Source: a virus
Lineage: Duplodnaviria > Caudoviricetes
Length of the DNA: 64,000 bases
Direction: 5' to 3' (one strand)
Virus record (IMG/VR): IMGVR_UViG_3300033463_000086
Span: 12,349-76,348 of that record
Both the position numbers and the translations under genes were made by a program. A model generated the notes under the pieces. That model ran no database searches, had not been told where the DNA came from, and was given only the letters and a program-made list of their open reading frames with translations. Of the stretch, positions 19,313-28,633 are shown in pieces (position 1 is the first letter of the stretch; each line of letters starts with the position of its first letter).

Positions 19313-19530
19313 TGGTTTTCTCCTCTTAGTGTGGTGATGAGAGTTCCAAACTGTACCTCATCAAGTTTTACAGATATTGTAGTGTCATCGTAAGGCTTGA
19401 AATCTGGTGTAAATGCCTCTTTGATGTTGCCGTGATGGATGATAATAGGAATCCCAAATATCAGCGACAGAACGATTAGAAGAATCATACCAACCTCAGC
19501 CATGTCGGATAGGTTTTGTTTCAGTGTCAT
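19309..19530 (-). CDS. Small membrane protein
   Basis: One hydrophobic helix MILLIVLSLIFGIPIII. Confidence 0.55.
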   Translation of the reverse strand: MTLKQNLSDMAEVGMILLIVLSLIFGIPIIIHHGNIKEAFTPDFKPYDDTTISVKLDEVQFGTLITTLRGENQ

Positions 19531-19717
19531 TTTGTCTCACCTCAAAGTATAATGTCATCGTGGGGGTCGTGTTGTTTGGTTTTGATACCACGTTCAAGTT
19601 TCCATCGTTCCTGTCTGTATTCAAGAACAGCATGAATAACTGTCGTAGCGCATATAATAAATACGCAACCGACAAAGATACCTGCTACAATGAAAGCACC
19701 AAAGGTAGAATCGTCCA

Positions 19718-19927
19718 TTAATAATCGTCCTCCTCGTCAAAGTAAGAATATTCGCTGTCCTCTAACTCTTTGCTTATGCGTTCAAGAGCAGATTTAAGAC
19801 AGAACATGTGGTAATCGTCTCCGATGTGAAACGGACAGTAACCGCAATTACCTCTACATGATGCGTTGATTTGTAGAATAAGCAAATCGACTACCGCCTT
19901 TATTGTTAGGTTTTTATTTACTCGCAT
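19718..19927 (-). CDS. Small Cys-rich protein (CxxCP family)
   Basis: SCRGNCGYCPFH...FC. Confidence 0.6.
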   Translation of the reverse strand: MRVNKNLTIKAVVDLLILQINASCRGNCGYCPFHIGDDYHMFCLKSALERISKELEDSEYSYFDEEDDY

Positions 19928-20207
19928 CCTTCACTCCAATCGTTTCGTAGAGTTCGGTTTTAAGTTCATGGATAGCGTCATCAATGATTTCTTTAAGACG
20001 CTCATCACGAGGACCAAACCACTTCCTTTTGAAAGCACGAATGGTCTTATCGAGGGTATCTTTTCCAATATCGGAATCAATATACCACTCAACATCGTGA
20101 AGAACCTTAGCGAAATCAACACATAATGCACTGATTTCACGGTCTTGTATCTGCCGTGAAGCGTCCTCTACTTTATAATAGAGGTAGTCAAGAGAACCGC
20201 CACTCAT
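19914..20207 (-). CDS. Hypothetical phage protein
   Basis: MSGGSLDYLYYKVE start behind GGAG. Confidence 0.65.
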   Translation of the reverse strand: MSGGSLDYLYYKVEDASRQIQDREISALCVDFAKVLHDVEWYIDSDIGKDTLDKTIRAFKRKWFGPRDERLKEIIDDAIHELKTELYETIGVKDASK

Positions 20208-20373
20208 TTTTGTTTCTCCTTATGTTTGTTACAGTCAACGGAACACTCATACTCTAAGAGTTTGACGTTCCTCTTTTTAGCCAAGCAAAAGTGTGATTCA
20301 TGGATAGCCATAATCATACCACCTCTGCAACGTATATTTGCTTTTCTGATACACCAAGCGCAGGTTTTACAGG

Positions 20374-20577
20374 TCATTTCTTATCCTTGTTCATTTGTAA
20401 GAAGTCATAGATAAGTTTATACTCATCGTAAACACGGTCGAAATTCTCATCCCACTCTTCACAATGTGCATCAAGTACAGCCTGAAACTGTTTAGCGTGT
20501 TGTAAGATATTGATGATGAGAGCTTCCGGTCTTTCAATAGAGGTAGTAATTTTTATCGTGTAGGTTTTACGTTTCAT
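20374..20577 (-). CDS. Hypothetical protein
   Basis: ORF track, coupled. Confidence 0.5.
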   Translation of the reverse strand: MKRKTYTIKITTSIERPEALIINILQHAKQFQAVLDAHCEEWDENFDRVYDEYKLIYDFLQMNKDKK

Positions 20578-20804
20578 TTCTTATCCTTTCGTTGTTTTTC
20601 GTTCCAAGATACGATACCCCAAACAGCCAATGCAAGCTGAACCACGTCAAGCGTAGCCCTGTTGTAAAGACACATAGAGCAGTCGTAAGTGAGCCAAAGA
20701 ATGTTGCCAAGACACCAGAGGTAGAAGCAAAGAATGTTCATCTTCACATTCAACACAGTGCCAGTAAGACAAACAACAGTAGCCGCCCATGTTAGATAGT
20801 TCAT
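20574..20804 (-). CDS. Short PnuC-like (nicotinamide riboside transporter) membrane protein
   Basis: Three helices, WCLGNILW and WGIVSW motifs. Confidence 0.65.
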   Translation of the reverse strand: MNYLTWAATVVCLTGTVLNVKMNILCFYLWCLGNILWLTYDCSMCLYNRATLDVVQLALAVWGIVSWNEKQRKDKK

Positions 20805-21403
20805 GACAGAATCAGCTCCTTTGCGTAAGGAAGTGTTTCAATCCAACCGCAGAAACGATGCCATTCCTGAAGTTTGTGGTTCTTACGCTGTTTGTAGATA
20901 GTTCGTAACTGCATGTAATTGGTAACAACATGAGCCGTCAACTGCAAACCCATAGGACAGTGAGCAACAAAATCATCGTAAGTAATGTGACCGTTCTTAT
21001 ACTCACAAAGAGCATCGTTGAGGTTAGACCAATCAGCGTCACTCACATGTTCGGTTGCCACGTTACTTCCCATAAGCTGTTCAAGGCAGTGCATCTTAGA
21101 TTGGCTTGAAACAATCTGGATGAAGTGATACCGTTCAAACTGCATCCACCATGTATTAGTTGCAGTCACGTTGAACGACACCAAGATACCAGTGAGGAAA
21201 TTCTTATGACCGGAATTATCATCACCTGCTTTCACAAGACGGTCTGCCCTGTCTAATGCCAGCTTACCGACATTCAGTTCAGGGTTGTCGAAGTCTTTTA
21301 CTTGACTGTCGAATACCTCAGCACAAAAATTGCATCTGAACGGAAATCCAGATGCAACCAAGGCTTCTTTTAGGTTGTAGACGTTTGTGTTGCTGACGTT
21401 CAT
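20801..21403 (-). CDS. ThyX-like flavin-dependent thymidylate synthase homolog
   Basis: GHKNFL, QFERYH...SSQSKMH, PMG...TNYMQLRTIYKQRKNHKLQEW. Confidence 0.7.
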   Translation of the reverse strand: MNVSNTNVYNLKEALVASGFPFRCNFCAEVFDSQVKDFDNPELNVGKLALDRADRLVKAGDDNSGHKNFLTGILVSFNVTATNTWWMQFERYHFIQIVSSQSKMHCLEQLMGSNVATEHVSDADWSNLNDALCEYKNGHITYDDFVAHCPMGLQLTAHVVTNYMQLRTIYKQRKNHKLQEWHRFCGWIETLPYAKELILS

Positions 21404-21825
21404 TTCTTTCGTCTCCTTCTCGGTTTGGTTATTAGTTTAAGTTCTTTGAGGAAATGGGTTGTCATCGCCCCAAGTAGATAACAATGTGCTTCTGCGTTAC
21501 TGTCCTCTGCCTCAATACCACGAGGATGCAGAATATTTACCGTTGCATGTAGAAGTTCGTGTATAAGAGTTGACACATGCTCCGGTGTTTTATCAATCTT
21601 AGGCATGAAGATAACGTTGCCGAACAAGCCGCCATCACAGTCACGTAAATCCATAGTGATACCTTCCTTGTCCTTGCAGTCGTAAATCTTCTCTGTTTCT
21701 CTTTCATTCAGATGCAGATTCTCGACCATCCAATGAGCGCAGAAGGTAGGCGTTCCGGTGATAAGATAAACGTAAGACGTATACGTATCGTTATAATATT
21801 CGTAGACCTTGTTTGCCATAATCAC
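21400..21825 (-). CDS. HExxH metallopeptidase-like protein
   Basis: TLIHELLHAT...EAHCY. Confidence 0.55.
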   Translation of the reverse strand: MIMANKVYEYYNDTYTSYVYLITGTPTFCAHWMVENLHLNERETEKIYDCKDKEGITMDLRDCDGGLFGNVIFMPKIDKTPEHVSTLIHELLHATVNILHPRGIEAEDSNAEAHCYLLGAMTTHFLKELKLITKPRRRRKK

Positions 21826-21828
21826 TCC

Positions 21829-22431
21829 TTATGGTTTTGGCAGTACGTTATAATAAGCTATGGAGGTATTCACGAACTTGATGTTTCTTCCGTCCGTTTT
21901 ACACTTCATAAAGAACCAACCATCTTCGCCTCTTCCTGTAAGTCCGCCATGATAGACGTGAAGCTCTCTCATGGTTTTGACTTTTGTTAGGAAGTTAGCC
22001 CAATCAATATGACCGATAGGATTAAAGGCGTTCATTATATCAGGATTGCCCAAATGAGGCAGGTTGAATATCTTGAAGACAATCATATCCTGACCTTCAC
22101 ACTCATCGGCAATCGTCAGGAAACCACGATAAAGCAAGTTATCATCGTCAAGAATATACACATAGTCGTTATCAGAACCCACGTATTGTATAACCCTGTC
22201 AATCCACGATGAAAGCCACTCGTCATTTTCTTTCTTATCCGTAGCGTAAAAGACCGTAGTGTGTTCGTCATTGAATTGCGTAAACTCCGTGTAAGGTGTT
22301 CCAAAAGTCAAGTCAACGATAAGCGCATGTGTGTAGGTGTGGTGCGAATCCTTGAAGGCATACGCAATACTGTCCTTGACCTTTTGAATGTTGGTCGGTT
22401 TATAGCACCGGGTTATAAAGACAAAATTCAT
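21829..22431 (-). CDS. GT-A fold glycosyltransferase (GT2-like), paralog 2
   Basis: FITRCY start strand, YILDDDN DxD motif, IDWANF. Confidence 0.7.
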   Translation of the reverse strand: MNFVFITRCYKPTNIQKVKDSIAYAFKDSHHTYTHALIVDLTFGTPYTEFTQFNDEHTTVFYATDKKENDEWLSSWIDRVIQYVGSDNDYVYILDDDNLLYRGFLTIADECEGQDMIVFKIFNLPHLGNPDIMNAFNPIGHIDWANFLTKVKTMRELHVYHGGLTGRGEDGWFFMKCKTDGRNIKFVNTSIAYYNVLPKP

Positions 22432-22433
22432 GC

Positions 22434-23030
22434 TTACCTCTTCAATTTATTATAGTAAGCAAGTTCACGGTCTACGAATTTAACGGAACACTTCTCAACC
22501 CAAACTGCATTATTGAAGAAGTTGCCGTCAATTTCAGATGATTTCTTACCGTTTCTGAACACTTTGACACGCTTCATAACATCAGCTCTCGTGATAAAGT
22601 TAGCCCAATCAATATGTCTGATGGCGTTGCCAATGTCAGAACGACCCCAAGCCGGACGTCCTTTAACCTTGAACACGATTATATCTTCATCACTAATTTC
22701 TTTGCAGACGTCAAGAAAATCTGGATGAAGGATATTATCATCGTCAAGGATATAAACGTAGCTGTCATTCGGTACATTAAAAGCAATCAGAGCAGTATCA
22801 ATATCGGAAGCCATGAACTTATCTCCGTCAGTTTTGGAGTAGACATAGCTTATCTTATCCGCCTTATCTGCAAACGGCTTAAACTCTTCTTCCGTATGTC
22901 CTGATGTGCAGTCAACGATAAGGATATGCTGATACGTGTGTTCTGTCAAGCCGAATACGTTGCGTATACTGTCTTGTACCGCTTCAAGGTTATCAGGTCT
23001 TGAACACCTTGTGATGATTGTGAAGTGCAT
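22434..23030 (-). CDS. GT-A fold glycosyltransferase (GT2-like), paralog 1
   Basis: IITRCS, YILDDDN, IDWANF shared with neighbour. Confidence 0.7.
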   Translation of the reverse strand: MHFTIITRCSRPDNLEAVQDSIRNVFGLTEHTYQHILIVDCTSGHTEEEFKPFADKADKISYVYSKTDGDKFMASDIDTALIAFNVPNDSYVYILDDDNILHPDFLDVCKEISDEDIIVFKVKGRPAWGRSDIGNAIRHIDWANFITRADVMKRVKVFRNGKKSSEIDGNFFNNAVWVEKCSVKFVDRELAYYNKLKR

Positions 23031-23059
23031 ATTTTATCCTATATGTAGGTTGTTATCGT

Positions 23060-23135
23060 TGGTGGACTTGCTCGGACTTGAACCGAGATACTCTTACTTA
23101 TGAGGTAAGTGCTTTCACCTTTAAGCTACAAGTCC
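23060..23135 (-). tRNA. tRNA with CAU anticodon (Ile2 or elongator Met), CCA encoded
   Basis: Acceptor GGACTTG/CAAGTCC, anticodon arm CTTAC-CTCATAA-GTAAG; lacks the initiator GGG/CCC stem. Confidence 0.88.
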
Positions 23136-23139
23136 AATT

Positions 23140-23212
23140 AGCCGCCTGTCGGAATCGAACCAACAACCTGATGTTTACAAAACACCTGCTCTGCCTATTG
23201 AGCTAAGGCGGC
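23140..23212 (-). tRNA. tRNA-Thr(UGU), no encoded CCA
   Basis: GCCGCCT acceptor, GGTGT-TTTGTAA-ACATC anticodon arm, GGTTCGATTCC. Confidence 0.92.
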
Positions 23213-23351
23213 ATATCTAAGGTGCTGTCTTCGTTTATTTTGTAGCATACAGACAGCGGGGTACACTTGGGAGTCAGGTCTTATGCCAAACCTGTCGGGG
23301 TCTGATAAACGAACAGAAGTTATCCCGATACTCATATGGAAGTGGTTATCC

Positions 23352-23609
23352 TTAATCATAAACGACTGTAGCAGGTCCACCACATCCCGGACACATCGTC
23401 TTATTCCGGGAATGTGTAGCGATTGGTGTCAAATCATCAACGTCAGAATATCCGCAGTTAGGGCAGTAAATGCGAGGTTCTTTACACCCCCTGAAGAAAT
23501 CCTGAACGGTATAGTCACGTTCTGTTTCTTCCCAATCCATATCATAATCTTCGTGATGGGGCTTACCTTTACTGCCCCATTCCTTCTCGTGTCTCTTTGT
23601 TTTACCCAT
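23352..23609 (-). CDS. Small zinc-ribbon protein
   Basis: CPNCG...CPGCG; start MGKTK behind AGGAG. Confidence 0.65.
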   Translation of the reverse strand: MGKTKRHEKEWGSKGKPHHEDYDMDWEETERDYTVQDFFRGCKEPRIYCPNCGYSDVDDLTPIATHSRNKTMCPGCGGPATVVYD

Positions 23610-23640
23610 TTTTAGCTCCTGTTTGTGTTCGGGTTTACTA

Positions 23641-23671
23641 TAATATAGCACGACAAAGATAAAAGTCAAGC
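23641..23671 (-). promoter_or_regulatory. Sigma70-type promoter
   Basis: TTGACT-N16-TATATT with TGn. Confidence 0.7.
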
Positions 23672-23872
23672 GATTTTACGAAGATTTTTTGAAAATTTTT
23701 TGATGGGGTGTCTGCTCTCCTATGGGAAACCGTCAAGAAAACCATAGGAGGCAGACGTAGATGTATTTGTAGATTCGCTAAGGCACATACATCAGGCACT
23801 CTCGAAAGGAATGGGTGGGAAAAGTTAAGGAAACCCACCCTACCGCATCTACAAGGCGGCTCTTGTCGGGGT

Positions 23873-25393
23873 TTAACAACAAACGCCAGACTGAGTAATC
23901 ATATGTGAAAGTTTATCTGAATCGTTCATGGAAACACCGTCAAGCACCTCGGATAGAATGTTTGTCTTACGGTCAAGCATACGAGCAAGCCTTTCGTCAA
24001 GTGAGTTCTCGACAAAGTGAATGTAACAAACTACTGGTTCCGTTTGTCCATTCCTATCCAGACGTGCGTATAACTGATGCAAGTCACCGGGAGACCAGCA
24101 TAATTCACAGACCAATAACGTACTGCATACTGTCTGTAAACCGTCTAATCCTGTGCTAATAGACTGAATATTGCCTATTAACAACCTGCAATCAGGGTCG
24201 TTGATGAACTTCTGAACAGCATCGTCTTTCTTCTTGGTCGATACAGAACCATTAATCAAGACAGAGCAATCCTTGAAGTTATCATAAAGAATCTGACCGC
24301 ACTTCTCACGATGAACACAGGCAACCACAAGTTTATCATCGGTCTGTTCGAGGTAGTCTTTTATCCAACTTATCGTCAATGGCAACTTTATCCGAATTGC
24401 CTCCTGAAGATAAGCCTCGATAGACTGATTCATACGTGCGTTAGCCATGAATCTATCACGACTGCAAGCGTTCAGGTATTCGTGTTGCGCTCTGATTGCA
24501 TCCTGTTCGAGTTGTTTAATATCGTTGGATGCCACGTCAAGTGGTACAGCCCTTATCTGAACCTTTGGTACTTCCTGATAGATGTCCTTCTTGGTGCGTC
24601 TTATCATCGTACCGGATTCTATCAGCTTCTTGTGTAGTTCAAGCGTATTTATCGACACGGATGCACGATTATACTTATCCCTGTACGAATTGCAGTAACG
24701 CTGGTCATAAACAAAACGAGAAGGGAACAGGGATGGGTTGACCAGTTTTATCGTGTTATACATATCCGCGTTTCTATCCGTCAATGGAGTACCCGACAGG
24801 CAGATACAAGCCTTGACGTGTTTTCTTATCTCGAAGATGGCGCGTGTTCTGCCAGTGTTATCCGTTTTTATCTTCTGAGATTCGTCAAGTATCATCATAT
24901 CCCATTGAAACTCGCAAAGCGGTTCCATCCAAGCGTTGACTATATCATAATTTATAATAGTTATCCGCGATTTAGAGATTTCCATGAGGTCTGCTCTATC
25001 ATAAGTTGTCGAGTTGCAGACTTTCACATGTGGACACTTCTTTATCTCGTTTTGGAGGTTGCGTTTCCATTGGAGCTTGATATTGGAAGGAACAACAATG
25101 AGCGTCTTCTTGGAACCTGACGCAACATGACACGCAATAGCAGAGCTTGACTTACCTGCACCCATAACGTCAGCAATCAGCAGGTTCCAGCTATGCTTCG
25201 CGGCTTCAATAACGGATGTAAGCTGATAGTGATACAGTACACGATTCAGCTTGCCGCCTAAAGTACGCATGGATTTGGTGCTGTACCCTTTGCTTTCGAG
25301 GAGCTTCATGTTATCCTCGCTGTAAGGCATCCGATACAGCTTACCATCTCTTTTATAGTAGAGATAGCCTGATTTGTAGCAAACTTTTTTCAA
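23873..25393 (-). CDS. SNF2/HARP-like SF2 helicase
   Basis: IADVMGAGKS, ILDESQ, LSGTP, LDGLQ, QLYARLDRNGQ. Confidence 0.9.
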   Translation of the reverse strand: MKKVCYKSGYLYYKRDGKLYRMPYSEDNMKLLESKGYSTKSMRTLGGKLNRVLYHYQLTSVIEAAKHSWNLLIADVMGAGKSSSAIACHVASGSKKTLIVVPSNIKLQWKRNLQNEIKKCPHVKVCNSTTYDRADLMEISKSRITIINYDIVNAWMEPLCEFQWDMMILDESQKIKTDNTGRTRAIFEIRKHVKACICLSGTPLTDRNADMYNTIKLVNPSLFPSRFVYDQRYCNSYRDKYNRASVSINTLELHKKLIESGTMIRRTKKDIYQEVPKVQIRAVPLDVASNDIKQLEQDAIRAQHEYLNACSRDRFMANARMNQSIEAYLQEAIRIKLPLTISWIKDYLEQTDDKLVVACVHREKCGQILYDNFKDCSVLINGSVSTKKKDDAVQKFINDPDCRLLIGNIQSISTGLDGLQTVCSTLLVCELCWSPGDLHQLYARLDRNGQTEPVVCYIHFVENSLDERLARMLDRKTNILSEVLDGVSMNDSDKLSHMITQSGVCC

Positions 25394-25422
25394 GGTTATG
25401 GTCTCCGATTGTTTGTTTGCAA

Positions 25423-25455
25423 TTAATATACACCCTCATTTGGTGTTTGTCAAGC
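25423..25455 (-). promoter_or_regulatory. Promoter for helicase (divergent pair)
   Basis: TTGACA-N17-TATATT. Confidence 0.7.
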
Positions 25456-25489
25456 CAAAAATCAAAGAAAATCTAAAAATTTTTGTAAA

Positions 25490-25534
25490 TAAGTGTCATA
25501 TTTATTTGACTTCTGCATCAGTAAAGTTTATATT
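25490..25534 (+). promoter_or_regulatory. Late-class promoter for terS-GT8
   Basis: TAAGTGTCATAT-N4-TTGACT-N17-TATATT. Confidence 0.6.
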
Positions 25535-25565
25535 TTACTTGTGCAAGAGTAAAATGGAGACAACG

Positions 25566-26189
25566 ATGAACTTCACACGCAAAGACAATAACGGAAACGA
25601 AATCAAACCACCAGACGTGACGATGAATACACACACCGACAAAGGTAACGATGAAGACAAACGCGCATGTAACGACAAAGACATGCCGACAGATACATGC
25701 ACAGGCGTATTAGATGTTAGAGAGGCATTAATGACGGTGAAAGAAAATGAATCGCCAGATATGCCAATCGCTAATATGAAAGTTGAAACATTCCTCTGTA
25801 ACATAGCAGAACAATCATTACATGGGATGCCTGCACTTGTTGATGCATACAAACGGTGCGGCTTCAATGTAGATAAACCACCTGCGCTTGTCCGTAATGA
25901 TATTAGACGTCTGCTTTTCAATAAGCGCATAAAGGAACGTCTGGCATATCTAAAAGAGTGTGAATGGGAAATCAATAAGCCAGACTTATCATCCATTTGC
26001 AAGGAGTTCGAGAATATATTGAATGAAGAAGAGTTAGCTATGAACTCTCGTATCACTGCATTAAATTCCCTTGCAAAGTTAGCCGGATTACTTGAAAACA
26101 ATCAACATAAATCAGACACAAAGGTAGCGGTCATTTTCAACACGTCAGAAAAGCCGCCTATTGATGTGAAAGTAGAACAGGTGAACTAA
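25566..26189 (+). CDS. terS: Terminase small subunit (putative)
   Basis: DAYKRCGF...RRLLFNKRIKERLAYL...RITALNSLAKLAGL matches the TerS HTH and oligomerisation pattern; start behind GGAGA. Confidence 0.7.
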   Translation: MNFTRKDNNGNEIKPPDVTMNTHTDKGNDEDKRACNDKDMPTDTCTGVLDVREALMTVKENESPDMPIANMKVETFLCNIAEQSLHGMPALVDAYKRCGFNVDKPPALVRNDIRRLLFNKRIKERLAYLKECEWEINKPDLSSICKEFENILNEEELAMNSRITALNSLAKLAGLLENNQHKSDTKVAVIFNTSEKPPIDVKVEQVN

Positions 26190-27094
26190 TGAAAATTCAT
26201 ATCTGCCTCGTTACGAATGACAAGTGGTATCGTTTCATGCTCAGGACCATGTACGATATTATCATCCGCAAGAATCCTGAAACAGAAATCAAGTTCTATG
26301 TGCTTTTAGACCGTGTGGATAAGGCTGATGAACTTGACGCCTTTAACGCGATTGACGGCATTGAAGTTGTGAAGAAGAACATGGATTCCTATGAAGAGTT
26401 CGGTCAACTTAAAAGGTATCATTCGTATTGGGTCGGTCAGGAAAAGCATCTTAAATTCCTTATCCCTGAGCTTGACATTTTTGAAGGCGTTGACAGGGTT
26501 ATCTACATGGATATTGATATGCTTGCCCGAAAAGACCTGACTGATATTTACACGGTCAATCTGAATGACAAGCCTATTGGACTGTGCCGAGATTATTACA
26601 CGCTTCTCGATGGCTCATTTGCTCTGCCACCTGAAAGCCGTACAAAGCAACTGGAATCGGGTCTTATGGTTATGGACCTGCCGAAGTTGCGTGACATTCA
26701 ATTTACGAAACAGTGTAAAGACATCGCTCCTTATCACTGTGGGGATATGCCAGTGGTCAATACGATATGCACACCGATTGCACAGAAACTTGACCCGAAG
26801 TATCAGATTCCGTTCCATGAAATGAGTGTTATCGGAAACTTTAACATTATTGAACACTGGAACATTTTCAACAACACTGCCTACGAAAACATTCAGGAAC
26901 TTATCGACAAGAGTTATATATGGCATTTCTGTGGCGATAAGAAACATATGTACAATACAGTCAGTGTTGTCAGGATGGCATTCTATCTGTCTGAATCCCG
27001 TCTTTCTGCATTCCTCAAAACAGGGAATGTAATGGAATGGAAACCAGAAGATGATGCACCTCTTACGAATACATCAGATTTGAATGGTATCTGA
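26189..27094 (+). CDS. GT8 family glycosyltransferase (RfaJ/WaaJ-like)
   Basis: IHICLVTNDKW, RVIYMDIDML DxD, SGLMVMDL, WHFCGDKK. Confidence 0.88.
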   Translation: MKIHICLVTNDKWYRFMLRTMYDIIIRKNPETEIKFYVLLDRVDKADELDAFNAIDGIEVVKKNMDSYEEFGQLKRYHSYWVGQEKHLKFLIPELDIFEGVDRVIYMDIDMLARKDLTDIYTVNLNDKPIGLCRDYYTLLDGSFALPPESRTKQLESGLMVMDLPKLRDIQFTKQCKDIAPYHCGDMPVVNTICTPIAQKLDPKYQIPFHEMSVIGNFNIIEHWNIFNNTAYENIQELIDKSYIWHFCGDKKHMYNTVSVVRMAFYLSESRLSAFLKTGNVMEWKPEDDAPLTNTSDLNGI

Positions 27095-27107
27095 TAATTT
27101 ATGACCC

Positions 27108-27156
27108 GCCGTGGGATGCTGTCTGTGATGGCGCAAAAATCCCACGGCTTATTTTT
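27108..27156 (+). terminator. Intrinsic terminator after GT8
   Basis: GCCGTGGGAT...ATCCCACGGC stem followed by TTATTTTT. Confidence 0.6.
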
Positions 27157-27370
27157 GCGTATAATTGCTAATAAACCTACACAACTTGCTATAAATCGTG
27201 TAAGATAATGAGCGTTTTGGCATGGTTTTGTAAGTGTTTGATTACCAATACGTTATAACTTTGTAGTGCGTATATGGTAAATATATAGGGAAACAGGTAA
27301 CAATAACTTTGATATTATCATTGTTATAGTTTGGTGTTACTCTATTCTATTTGATTTATTTTTTCTATTT

Positions 27371-27565
27371 TTAATTCTCTTGTGTACGTGTGTATGTGCG
27401 CGTATCTATATTATACTTGGGTTCGTAGTATTGGCAATCATCCTCATGGGTTTGGTCATAAAGACAATACCAATACATTTCATCGCATTCGTAACCGTCT
27501 TTATCAATGTAATGACGGCGACAGTCAACACGATTCTTACATTTGAAGCAGGTTTCCAGTTTCAT
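27371..27565 (-). CDS. Small Cys/Tyr-rich hypothetical protein
   Basis: ORF with GAGGT RBS. Confidence 0.4.
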   Translation of the reverse strand: MKLETCFKCKNRVDCRRHYIDKDGYECDEMYWYCLYDQTHEDDCQYYEPKYNIDTRTYTRTQEN

Positions 27566-27736
27566 AAGGGCTTGACCTCGGACGGATTTGGTTTAGACGG
27601 CTTAACTAATTTTAACGCGATTTAAGACAAGGTAAACGACCGACCCGATAAAGATATAGGGTAACACTAAAACCGCGCTTAAAACGCCCTAAAACCGCCT
27701 TAAAAACGATTTACAAGTAGCATCGTAAAGTCGATA

Positions 27737-28039
27737 CTATTTCAATTTGATTTTCGACTGGTTAAAGGCTATGAAGGAATCAATATCACATCCTCCAATC
27801 ACAGCCTTTATGACTTCCTTCTCAAAATCAGAAAGCACGTCATAATTAACAGAACCGTCATTGTAAAATTTATACCTCGCTCTTAATGCAAACAGTTTGA
27901 GTATCTGTTTTTTATGCATTTGGTTTTCAGATACATTTAGATTGGAGTTTACATACATCAATGCAAGGATATAGTCAAGTACCGATGCATTTCCGTACTT
28001 TATCCTCTCAAACGTTATGAGAAATTGGTCGTGTGTCAT
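27737..28039 (-). CDS. Hypothetical protein
   Basis: ORF track, coupled. Confidence 0.55.
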   Translation of the reverse strand: MTHDQFLITFERIKYGNASVLDYILALMYVNSNLNVSENQMHKKQILKLFALRARYKFYNDGSVNYDVLSDFEKEVIKAVIGGCDIDSFIAFNQSKIKLK

Positions 28040-28623
28040 TGATAAGCATCCCTCTTACCTTCTGCAAGTTCAGCTATGAAAGTCTGCCTACTGGTCTCGA
28101 AGGTAATGTTATGTTTTCTGAGTGGTGCAAGACATGACGTATCGCAGTCTTGATAAATAAATGTAAATGGGTGGTGCTGGATTGTATTTATGAAGCGTAC
28201 AGGTAACGACATTCTCATAGGGCAGTAATCCCAATATGACCTTAGAGAACGACAGGTTGCCTCATATAGTTGGTCTGATTTGCCCATACTTTCTCTTGTA
28301 ATCAGCCCACGCAAATCATTTATGTCGTGCATCGTATTTGCCATATAAAATAGCAGGTCGTTTAGGTCCATCATCCTAAAGTTGAAAATGAAAATAGGCG
28401 GACAGTCCTCAATATCACATGTAAAAATGTCTATTGCGTTAAATTCATTAAGGTCAAAACTTGTTCTGCCATAATGCTTGAAGGTAACATAAACCTTATC
28501 CGCCTCAACAGCATTACCTTGGTTTTGACATGCCCTTGCGAAACATGGTCCGGCTTTTATGGAGATTGACCTGAATGGGCCACGAAGCAACGATGCAATC
28601 TCAGTGTTATCGTTGATTATCAT
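28036..28623 (-). CDS. Hypothetical protein, probable paralog family A
   Basis: VTFKHYGRTSF resembles the neighbour motif. Confidence 0.65.
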   Translation of the reverse strand: MIINDNTEIASLLRGPFRSISIKAGPCFARACQNQGNAVEADKVYVTFKHYGRTSFDLNEFNAIDIFTCDIEDCPPIFIFNFRMMDLNDLLFYMANTMHDINDLRGLITRESMGKSDQLYEATCRSLRSYWDYCPMRMSLPVRFINTIQHHPFTFIYQDCDTSCLAPLRKHNITFETSRQTFIAELAEGKRDAYQ

Positions 28624-28633
28624 TGTTATCTCC

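Noticed and set aside
18930-19545. Duplicated 17-mer GTCATTTTGTCTCACCT at two gene starts
   Set aside because: A shared RBS plus start-codon context (AGGTGAGACAAAATGAC), not a separate element
23704-23875. Hammerhead ribozyme reading of the structured element
   Set aside because: Minus strand has CTGATGT rather than CUGANGA and no properly placed GAAA core
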